IMG/VR virus record: IMGVR_UViG_3300035527_000387
Location: 1 to 37,166 of that record
DNA: 37,166 nucleotides
Strand: one strand, 5' to 3'
DNA from: a virus
Taxonomy: Duplodnaviria > Caudoviricetes
Positions 24,645-32,758 of this stretch are shown here, one piece after another (within the stretch, counting starts at the first letter, position 1; the number at the start of each line of letters is the position of its first letter). Made by a program: the position numbers and the translations under genes. The notes under the pieces are model-generated. The model searched no databases and was not told the DNA's origin. It was given only the letters and a program-made list of their open reading frames with translations.

Positions 24645-26419
24645 GAACGAAGTTAGTCATTAGTCATTGGTCATTGGTCATTGGGTTGCTGCTGTGCGGG
24701 TTTTCGTTTGGCGCAACTGTGATGGTGGATACGAATGGTGTGGTGTACCATCCTACCAACTTCTGGGCGGCGTCCGGCGCAGAACAGATGATGATTGATA
24801 TTGCTGCATCCACCGTTGACACCGAGGTGCCGTCCTATCTGACAGATTACTATACCGCCGCGCAGTCGGATGCGCGTTACCGCCAGATTTCTGCGGCCGA
24901 TTATGCAAGCCAGGTTCAGGTGGTGAGAACCAACCTTCAGAACATCACGGGCTATACGGTGCAGCAGTGCCTGGAGGCGATCGATGATCTGCTGACAAAC
25001 TCCGGCGGCGGGACAGTGATCACCACCAACACGACCAATACCGTAGTCATCGGCGGCGCAAGCAACGCCACACAGATTTCTGTGTCATTCACGCCGGTGG
25101 AATATACCCCGGCGACTAATACCGTAGAAAGTCACCTGATTGCCATCGATGCCCGGCTGGCCTACCTTAACTCGCTGATCACAAACCTAAGCACGTCGAC
25201 CCCGGAAACGGCTACGCTCACCGGCCTGACACTGACCGGCAACAACCTCGCGTATGAGAGCAGCACGGAATACTACACGCTCACTGCCACCTATTCCGAC
25301 GCCAGCTCGCGGGATGTCTCCAGCGAGGGCGTTTGGACCATGCCCGGAGGCGCGCCATCCGGAACCACGCTGATCAGCAGCAATCTCACGGTCGGCAGCC
25401 TGACCTGGAACACGTCGGTTACGGTGCGAGCAGAATATTCCTGGCTGGGAGATTCAATTGCACGCGAGAAAACGGTCCAGCTTCAGGACACAAATCCACC
25501 CACGTTGCAGGGGGTGACCCTTACGGGCAGCTCAGTGGTTAACGAGCGCACAGAAATCTGGCAGAAAGCATGGGCAGTATATGACCAGGGCATTTCAAAC
25601 GATGTAAGTTCTTCGGCCGTGTTTGGATTTTCGAGCGCGGTCCCTGATGGTACAGCATGGACCGGCAATGTGCTGTATGCGGGATCAGTTCTCACAAATA
25701 CACCAATAACGATCACCGCGCAGTATGGTGGTGAGACCGGCAGCAGAACCGTAACGGTGCAGAACACTGAGCAGCATATGCTTTTCACCGTTAACAACTC
25801 GACTCCTTATAATTCAGGAACCATTTATATACACGGTTATGATAATGCAGCGATGCAGGGCTATCCTGTATGGGCGTTAACATTTCCTTACGATGCGTCG
25901 ATGTATGGGAGCTATTCAAGCAATATTTTGTCAACGGACATTCGGCAGGTCGGAACCGGACAGTATGAAGGGGAAACGTATTGGTTTGCTTTCCTCGACA
26001 CTGACGGGAATGGTTACGTGAACGGTACCGTGAATTTGCAGTCGTCGACAATTCCTTTGCTGCGCACGGATGAGCCTAACACGATTATGGATGGTCAGAC
26101 CGCATCATCTGGATGCTCATTATCTGTGAACAGCTCTTCCGATGTTTCTTTCACGCTGAACTCTGAAAACAATGGATTTTCCTACGTCGTGCAGGCAATA
26201 CCATCGGGCGGGCAACCTGTCAAAAAAGTGGTTGTAGCAAATGTTAACGGGCAGACCTTTGTCACATCATACATCACTAATCGGCCATATCTTTGTGAGC
26301 AGGACTTCCTGATTCATGGAGCATCGCTATCCGGCACTGCTACGTATCGCTGCTATATATACAACATGCTTAACGAGGTCAGCACAGACCCACGGTATTG
26401 GGGAAGATTTCCAAATTAA
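24641..26419 (+). CDS. fibre-like protein with signal peptide and two Ig-like repeats
   Basis: Signal MRTK...LLLCGFSFG-A; YYTAAQSDARY; TVQQCLEAID and TVESHLIAID fibre repeats; two Ig-like repeats (LTGLTLTG...ATYSD..SRDVS / LQGVTLTG...AVYD..SNDVS). Confidence 0.75.
   Translation: MRTKLVISHWSLVIGLLLCGFSFGATVMVDTNGVVYHPTNFWAASGAEQMMIDIAASTVDTEVPSYLTDYYTAAQSDARYRQISAADYASQVQVVRTNLQNITGYTVQQCLEAIDDLLTNSGGGTVITTNTTNTVVIGGASNATQISVSFTPVEYTPATNTVESHLIAIDARLAYLNSLITNLSTSTPETATLTGLTLTGNNLAYESSTEYYTLTATYSDASSRDVSSEGVWTMPGGAPSGTTLISSNLTVGSLTWNTSVTVRAEYSWLGDSIAREKTVQLQDTNPPTLQGVTLTGSSVVNERTEIWQKAWAVYDQGISNDVSSSAVFGFSSAVPDGTAWTGNVLYAGSVLTNTPITITAQYGGETGSRTVTVQNTEQHMLFTVNNSTPYNSGTIYIHGYDNAAMQGYPVWALTFPYDASMYGSYSSNILSTDIRQVGTGQYEGETYWFAFLDTDGNGYVNGTVNLQSSTIPLLRTDEPNTIMDGQTASSGCSLSVNSSSDVSFTLNSENNGFSYVVQAIPSGGQPVKKVVVANVNGQTFVTSYITNRPYLCEQDFLIHGASLSGTATYRCYIYNMLNEVSTDPRYWGRFPN
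24656..24683. repeat. heptamer tandem repeat GTCATTR x4 inside the signal-peptide coding region
   Basis: GTCATTA GTCATTG GTCATTG GTCATTG. Confidence 0.9.
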
Positions 26420-26432
26420 TGGGAGATGAACG

Positions 26433-27830
26433 TTGAAAAGATATGTTTACCAAATACTGCTACAGATTGTTACCCCCATTATGGCTCTGGGAGCTATCAA
26501 TATTGAATCTTTCGAAGTAACCGGCAGCAACTCAGCGACCCTTACCTGGACTAACAGCGTATCAACCGGCTACTACCGCGTGGCGTGGTGCAGCGACCTG
26601 GTGCTTTCCAACTGGTCTTCTTCCTGGAGCAGCCTTCAGCAGTTCGGCGGCACCAGCAATCAGACCATTACCGTTGACCTGCCAGGGTATTACCGGATGA
26701 TTCATTCAAACAGCGAGTTTGCGGTTGAAACCAACCACCCGATCGACGCCGCCGCAGAAACCTGGTACCCGCTGAACGCATACGGACGGGCCGCCATCGA
26801 AAACCTGGAACCCGGTGCGCAGTACGCCGTCGATTGGCACAACGGAACTGAATGGGTGCGCGGATGGCAGGAGCTTTGCAATATCGCTGCAACCGGTCTG
26901 CAGATGACCGCCAATGTGCCCGTTTCATTCCGCCTTGCCGTACTCTCAACCAATCCGCCAGCTCCGGCAACCAACGAGGTGTACGTGTTCGGCGGAACCT
27001 ATGAGTATGGTGCGGACGGACGCGGGGTGGCGGTCGATGGATTCTATGTCTCCGTCGCCGAGGTTACAGAATCTGAATGGCAGCACGTATATTCCTGGGC
27101 CGCGACCAACGGCTATGACTTTACCGCAGGCGGCCTGGCAGACCAGTTTTATACCAATTATCCGGTGGTTTCAGTCAGTTGGTTCGATGCCTGCAAGTGG
27201 CTGAACGCAAAATCAGAAATGGACAGCCTGACCCCATGCTACACCCGCACCGGAAGCGTATATCGCACCGGCGAATACGAACCCGTCTGCGCCTGGACCA
27301 ACAGCGGATACCGCCTGCCCACCGAAGCCGAATGGGAACGCGCTGCGCGCGGGTTCATCACCGGCGGCTATTTCCCCTGGGGCGGAACCAATGTCAATGA
27401 TATTGGCGGACAGGACGCCAATTACCGCAACTCAGGTGACCTTTCCGAGGTCATGCCCCGACTGCTTACGCCCGTAAAAGGATGGTCCTACCAGCCCGAC
27501 CGCTACAGCGAACTGCTCTCCAATATGCTGCCGTCCGATGAACTGTTCCGCCTGCAAACCTACAACATATATCCATACCCCCCCAATGATTACGGGCTGT
27601 ATGACATGGCAGGCAACGCCGCCGAATGGTGCTGGGACTGGTACACACACGCCGGACCTCCCGCCGGATCAACCAACTCAACCGGACCGGCCAGCGGAAC
27701 CCGCCGCGTCATTCGCGGAGGCCACTGCCTCTCTAATACAGACCGCGTTACCGTTTACCGCCGGTCCTTCGCAAAACCGGATAAAGTGTCGGATATCGTC
27801 GGATTCCGATACGTGAGGAGAAGGATGTGA
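26433..27830 (+). CDS. exported FGE-sulfatase (SUMF1/C-type-lectin-fold) domain protein
   Basis: EVT...W, PVVSVSWFDA, GYRLPTEAEWERAARG, PNDYGLYDMAGNAAEWCWDWY, RVIRGG, VGFR; TTG start and probable signal peptide; two N-terminal repeats. Confidence 0.9.
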   Translation: MKRYVYQILLQIVTPIMALGAINIESFEVTGSNSATLTWTNSVSTGYYRVAWCSDLVLSNWSSSWSSLQQFGGTSNQTITVDLPGYYRMIHSNSEFAVETNHPIDAAAETWYPLNAYGRAAIENLEPGAQYAVDWHNGTEWVRGWQELCNIAATGLQMTANVPVSFRLAVLSTNPPAPATNEVYVFGGTYEYGADGRGVAVDGFYVSVAEVTESEWQHVYSWAATNGYDFTAGGLADQFYTNYPVVSVSWFDACKWLNAKSEMDSLTPCYTRTGSVYRTGEYEPVCAWTNSGYRLPTEAEWERAARGFITGGYFPWGGTNVNDIGGQDANYRNSGDLSEVMPRLLTPVKGWSYQPDRYSELLSNMLPSDELFRLQTYNIYPYPPNDYGLYDMAGNAAEWCWDWYTHAGPPAGSTNSTGPASGTRRVIRGGHCLSNTDRVTVYRRSFAKPDKVSDIVGFRYVRRRM

Positions 27831-27832
27831 AC

Positions 27833-30310
27833 ATGAAACTTGATACTCGATGCTTGATGTTTGCGGCTTTCGCGGGGCTGGCCTGCTGCGCCATCGCGCA
27901 GGACCTGGCCGTCAATGAAACCACCGCCACCTGGGACACCACCCAGCGCCGCAAGAAACAGTCCATCGTTCTCATGCGCGGGGAGAGCTACCCTTATACC
28001 CTTACCGCTAAAAACGGGACATCTCCTATTGATCTGTCACCCACAAACACCTTCGTCCTGTGGCGCATCAACGGCTCAGGCGAAACCGACTATACCAATA
28101 CATACATAGCCTCCACCGGGACCATCGAAAACGCCACCAACGGCACCGTCAGCTTCCTGCTCACCCCGCGTGATACCAACCTTCGCCCCGGTTACTATGA
28201 CGGCTATATCGACGCCTGGCAGGCCGACGGCACCAACATCACGCGCAAAGGCACCCTTCAAACACAAATCATCGATATTCGCTACAGCCCCTATCTCAAC
28301 GACACCAACTATCTCGGGCCGCTGCCGTTCGGCGCAGAAGCAATTGAACGTATAGTTGATGGTGCCATTGCTATCGAAACCAACACGCGCGCGGCAGCGG
28401 ATACTGCACTCCAGGGCAGCATCAACACCAATGCAGCGGCCATCGCGCTGGAAACGAATAACCGCGCTCAGGCAGACACTCTGCTCCAGGGTGCAATCAG
28501 CACAAACTCCGCTGCCATCTCTGCCGAGACAGCCGGCCGGACCAATGCGGATCATGGGTTGTCGCTACGCATTGATTCGCTGGAGGGAGTGGCCTTAACA
28601 AACGAAACTGACCCCGCATTCGCGGCTGCCAGGGCGGCAGGCTTCACCGTGCGAAATATCAACATAGGACCCAACACAGATGATATCCTGCATACGCAGG
28701 CTGATGCTAAGATTACGCTGGGGGGAGGAAATGCCTGGAACACCGGGGCCATGCTGGAACTCGGTGGAGATGCTTATGCAGGTGTTGACGTAGACAATGG
28801 TTCCTCGCAGCTTTTACTTAAAAACAACGCCTCACGTTTTCGCGTTCGCGACCGGGAAGGCTGGACGGATATCGCAACGTTCTGGGGGTCCGGCCAGATC
28901 GTTACTCCGCATGCTACCGATACCGGCTCAGATAATCTGGTGAAATATGGCGTGCTGGAATCGTTGTTTGCAAAGCAGACCAGCGTCACGGCAGAGGCCG
29001 AATCAAGAATGAGTGGTGACGCCGCCCTGCAGGCACAGGTTGACAGTCTTGATCTGGCCACAACCGCAGTCTGCATCGGCGGGCCATACCATCCGGACTA
29101 CTTCACATTAGCCCTGCTGCCCTGGCCGTATAATGCGGTGACCTACGGCGAGACCCAACAATATTACTCAGTCTATGCCAGCACGGAGGTTGTTGACTCG
29201 GAGGCCGGGTATCTGCTTGGCCCTGACATCCTGCGTAGCACCGGCTGGACAAACGACGTCGATTATGTCGCTGTCACCAATGTTGAAATCATCAGCACCA
29301 CAATTACAAACTACGACTTCATGGGTGGAGCAGATACGCACGAATGGGATGCCGTGCAATGGCAGACCGGCTTGACACCCGGAGAAACGGGGGTGTTCCG
29401 CGCCGTGCTCGGCGGCTACCAAGTCGAACGAGAAATTGTTTATCAGTCCGAGAACCTCTACACGAACCACGTCTATCAGGGGGATGTTCCAGGCAGCCTG
29501 CGCGCGTATATCAACACTTCTATTTACTCGCGCATCAGCGAGGGTATGGATACGTCGGTGTATGTGAGTAACACCTGGGAGCGTAACACAAGCTGCTGGG
29601 TTAATGGGTACGACATTACATCGGCGAGTCCCTACAACACTGCCAACGGCCAATACTACGCGGGAACACTGATCACGCCGCAGCACTATATCAGGGCAAC
29701 GCACTACCCTAATATGGCAGCAACGAACCTTATCGGTGAGCAGTTGATGTTTGTCGATAACACCAATGGCGTCCACTGGCGCACCGTGATTGATGAGCGC
29801 AGTGCTGACGGCAGCGACGACTGGAACCTATGCGATGCAACGGTCGGATTGCTGGACTCCCCGTTGCCCTCCTCCATTACACCGGCGAAACTGCTAAACC
29901 GCGCTGATTCTGTGCGTTTTTCCGGCAAGTACTGCACAATGCCGCCGCTGTACGGAATCTACGGATTCTACCTTAATCGGAGAGAACAGGCATACCCTAC
30001 CATGTACAATGTTGATTACCCAAACTGGCTGCTTAGGCCACTGGTTGTCTGCTGGGGAATCAAAGAAATGGAGTACGACTATTTCATCAGCGGCGACAGC
30101 GGCAGTCCGATGTACCTGATCATAGGGACAAACACGGTGCTGTATGGAACGCTAACCACCGGCATGGGCGGGGCGGCGAACTTACCCATGTTCGCCGAGC
30201 AGATCGAAGCTCGCATGCAGGAAATGGGGCATACCAGCTATACGAATGTAACGTACGTCAACTTAAACGCCTGGACCGAATACGGTGCACCACCAGCGCC
30301 GGGGAGCTGA
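27833..30310 (+). CDS. exported fibre-like protein: BppU-like domain, coiled-coil stalk, trypsin-like serine protease
   Basis: Signal ending AIA-QD; RGESY..PIDLS..NATNGTVSFLLT; ET..R..AD..LQ..I stalk repeats; GTLITPQH...ATH, D, GDSGSP triad. Confidence 0.82.
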   Translation: MKLDTRCLMFAAFAGLACCAIAQDLAVNETTATWDTTQRRKKQSIVLMRGESYPYTLTAKNGTSPIDLSPTNTFVLWRINGSGETDYTNTYIASTGTIENATNGTVSFLLTPRDTNLRPGYYDGYIDAWQADGTNITRKGTLQTQIIDIRYSPYLNDTNYLGPLPFGAEAIERIVDGAIAIETNTRAAADTALQGSINTNAAAIALETNNRAQADTLLQGAISTNSAAISAETAGRTNADHGLSLRIDSLEGVALTNETDPAFAAARAAGFTVRNINIGPNTDDILHTQADAKITLGGGNAWNTGAMLELGGDAYAGVDVDNGSSQLLLKNNASRFRVRDREGWTDIATFWGSGQIVTPHATDTGSDNLVKYGVLESLFAKQTSVTAEAESRMSGDAALQAQVDSLDLATTAVCIGGPYHPDYFTLALLPWPYNAVTYGETQQYYSVYASTEVVDSEAGYLLGPDILRSTGWTNDVDYVAVTNVEIISTTITNYDFMGGADTHEWDAVQWQTGLTPGETGVFRAVLGGYQVEREIVYQSENLYTNHVYQGDVPGSLRAYINTSIYSRISEGMDTSVYVSNTWERNTSCWVNGYDITSASPYNTANGQYYAGTLITPQHYIRATHYPNMAATNLIGEQLMFVDNTNGVHWRTVIDERSADGSDDWNLCDATVGLLDSPLPSSITPAKLLNRADSVRFSGKYCTMPPLYGIYGFYLNRREQAYPTMYNVDYPNWLLRPLVVCWGIKEMEYDYFISGDSGSPMYLIIGTNTVLYGTLTTGMGGAANLPMFAEQIEARMQEMGHTSYTNVTYVNLNAWTEYGAPPAPGS

Positions 30311-30316
30311 ATATAT

Positions 30317-31378
30317 ATGAGAAATCTTTTAATTTGTCTGATTATTGCACTGGTCGCAGAAATTGCCCAGGCCGCAGAAATTGAAATCAAAAATGTTTTG
30401 TTCACATACGCGCGTGAGGATGAGCTGAACAGCATAGTCGTTGAGCGGGACACAGCCGTGTACAATATCAACGACCCCCATGATTTAAGGATCGGAGACG
30501 GCGTTACCACCGGCGGCTGGAGGGTTTGCCGAACAGACGTACTCACAAATGCGCCATCCTCGTTCCCGCATCCGATCCAAATGAACGAGCACGCGATCAA
30601 CCTCAGCCATACCTATTCCATAGGCGCAGAGGGTGCAGCATTCTTCCTGCGCAGCGGCGGGTCAAACGTCCTGGCCATCGTGGCCGGTGAAGAAGGCGTT
30701 GGGACCATTATCTCCCGCTCTTTTTCTGACGACATCTATACCATCAATATGTCGGTGCCAGATAATGCCGATACGCCACTGGTGCAGTATTCCTCGACCA
30801 TGGTCCCGGCTGCCTGGACCGGTTGTACGTATTCTGTTTCCAACACCAGCCCGAACACGATGCGCATTGATATCACAACAACAGAGGATGCTGGATACTA
30901 CCGCATCAGCGCACTGTCAGGGCATCGTGCCCGGTTCGCCGTACCTGTTCATGTGCCCGCGCTAACGGTCAATGGGTCGGCTAACGTTGAGGCAGGGGCG
31001 CAACTCAATAGCCTACAGGTTGGAGTAACCGGCCCACAGGACATTATGAGCAGCGAAGGCAAGCTGACACTTGGAGGTGGCAGCAACTGGAATAGCGGGG
31101 CATACATGGAGCTTGGGGCAGACACCCTAACCGGGAATGATGTAGCCAATGGTTCAGCTCAACTAGTCTTGCGGAATAATGCTTCTTCATTCCGTATCCG
31201 TGACCGTGACGGCTGGAACAGTACGCTGGAAGTGAAAAACGAAAGCGTTATAATAAGCGGAGCACTCAATGTGGGAGGCGCAATAATTGTGACCAACCTG
31301 CCTACGACCGATCCCGGCGTCAACGGCCAGTTATGGCGCAACACGTCTAACCTGTATATATCCACCGGCAACCCATGA
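30317..31378 (+). CDS. exported fibre-like protein
   Basis: Signal ending AQA-AE; LRIGDGVTTGG fibre N-terminal motif; C-terminal NLPTTDPGVNGQLW motif; shares a 52 aa module with the previous gene. Confidence 0.75.
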   Translation: MRNLLICLIIALVAEIAQAAEIEIKNVLFTYAREDELNSIVVERDTAVYNINDPHDLRIGDGVTTGGWRVCRTDVLTNAPSSFPHPIQMNEHAINLSHTYSIGAEGAAFFLRSGGSNVLAIVAGEEGVGTIISRSFSDDIYTINMSVPDNADTPLVQYSSTMVPAAWTGCTYSVSNTSPNTMRIDITTTEDAGYYRISALSGHRARFAVPVHVPALTVNGSANVEAGAQLNSLQVGVTGPQDIMSSEGKLTLGGGSNWNSGAYMELGADTLTGNDVANGSAQLVLRNNASSFRIRDRDGWNSTLEVKNESVIISGALNVGGAIIVTNLPTTDPGVNGQLWRNTSNLYISTGNP

Positions 31379-32583
31379 TCACCGACCCCACACCAATAAA
31401 TCACGCCCTCGAAAGCCGCCGCATCAAGCGGCTGCTTCCGACTTCGGCCGGATCGGCCGCATTAAGCAGCCTCGCTCCGGAGATCCGCGAGCGTTCGACA
31501 TTCTCCGCCCGCACCGATAATCCCCGCTATCTCTCCGACATCGAGTTCTTCCTCACCGACCTCACAAAAGGAAAACTCGACCCGGCCACCGTTCGCCTTC
31601 GCCTCAAACAGCGCCTTGATTACTACGGTTATGACCCCGCATCGAAAGGCATCATCCCCGGTTCGCTCCAGGACCTGTCCTCCGACAACCGCACCAACCT
31701 CATCATTGAGATGCAGGAAAAGTTTGCGCACGGCTACGCCCAGTTTGAAGCCGATCAGGACCCGGCCCTGCTCGACCTTTGGCCCTGCTGGGAATTCGTA
31801 CGCCATGAATCCCGGCGCAAGGAACGCACCGACTGGCCGCAACGTTTTCTTGCTGCCGGTGGCCAGCTCTACGGTGGCCGCATGATCGCACGAAAGGATT
31901 CCCCCGTATGGGCTGCCCTGTCCGTTTTCGGCCTGCCGTATCCCCCTTTTGATTATAACAGCGGCATGGGCCTCGATGATGTTGAACGCGCCGAAGCCGA
32001 AGCCCTGGGCGTCATCACAAAGCGCACCGTCGTTAAACCGCAGTCGCGTCGCCTGAATGATTCCGTGCAGGCTTCTCTCCCATCCTTCAGCAACCCGGAT
32101 CTGCAAGCCGAGGTTTTAAAGGCATTCGGAAAAGACATCATCGCCGCCGGTGAAACGGCCTGGCTGCTGCCCGCCGGAAATGCCGCCGCACGTTCCACCG
32201 CCATCGCCCAGCAAACCGCCGCAGGAACCGGCATTATGCGTCAGGTCATTGACTCCACAGAAGATGCCTACAACGCCCTCTACGTTCCCGATATCGGCCC
32301 CGTTGACTTCCGCTGGGGTGATGACGGCAAGGGCGTTCGGCACATCATTAAGCGCCGTGACGATTACCTCAAATCAAAAGGCGATGGCCCAACAGGAGAA
32401 CAGACCGCCCTGCGCATGCCAGAGGTGATCATCAAAGGAAAACGCATCCAGCAAATCAATGACCGTGTTCGTATCGAATACGACGGTTATATCGCCGTTT
32501 TGGTCAACCGGCTGGATGGAAAGAAGGTCAATCGCTGGATTCTGACCGGCTTTGATGAGGATAAAAAGAAAGGGAACCGATGA
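31375..32583 (+). CDS. MuF (gpF-like) head protein with C-terminal PBECR1-like RNase toxin domain
   Basis: RSTFSAR, DLSS..R..LII, YPPFDYNSGM MuF-type motifs; C-terminal IGPVDFRWGDDGKGVRHII...MPEVIIKG...WILTGF BECR-fold pattern. Confidence 0.8.
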   Translation: MITDPTPINHALESRRIKRLLPTSAGSAALSSLAPEIRERSTFSARTDNPRYLSDIEFFLTDLTKGKLDPATVRLRLKQRLDYYGYDPASKGIIPGSLQDLSSDNRTNLIIEMQEKFAHGYAQFEADQDPALLDLWPCWEFVRHESRRKERTDWPQRFLAAGGQLYGGRMIARKDSPVWAALSVFGLPYPPFDYNSGMGLDDVERAEAEALGVITKRTVVKPQSRRLNDSVQASLPSFSNPDLQAEVLKAFGKDIIAAGETAWLLPAGNAAARSTAIAQQTAAGTGIMRQVIDSTEDAYNALYVPDIGPVDFRWGDDGKGVRHIIKRRDDYLKSKGDGPTGEQTALRMPEVIIKGKRIQQINDRVRIEYDGYIAVLVNRLDGKKVNRWILTGFDEDKKKGNR

Positions 32584-32663
32584 ACCCGGCGAAGGTGACA
32601 ATTCAACCGGGCCTACGCGCTGACAGCCTACAAGGAATTCGTCTGCCAACGGGTGCGGTTCCT
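32572..32663 (+). ncRNA. candidate structured RNA overlapping the toxin stop codon
   Basis: Closing stem GGAACCG/CGGTTCC, inner CCCGG/CCGGG hairpin, a third imperfect stem; pairing judged by eye only. Confidence 0.35.
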
Positions 32664-32758
32664 GTATCTATAAATACGCCTGGAACTTCCCGCTGTCAAT
32701 CGCCTGCTCCAGCAAATCCTGGAGGGCGGAGCTCCGCGATTCCGCCGAGGAGGCTGCC

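Noticed and set aside
12654-24683. Invertible segment bounded by the inverted heptamer arrays
   Set aside because: Arrays are imperfect, no recombinase is present, and inversion would reverse essential head genes
27690-27830. Diversity-generating retroelement targeting the FGE-domain gene
   Set aside because: No reverse transcriptase, accessory gene or template repeat is visible in the window
24641-31378. Host gene island interrupting the prophage
   Set aside because: Genes overlap flanking phage genes by ATGA at both ends and carry fibre/BppU motifs, one of them shared with the adjacent tail gene
32573-32662. Hammerhead ribozyme
   Set aside because: Has CCGATGA rather than CTGANGA, and no GAAA after the second stem
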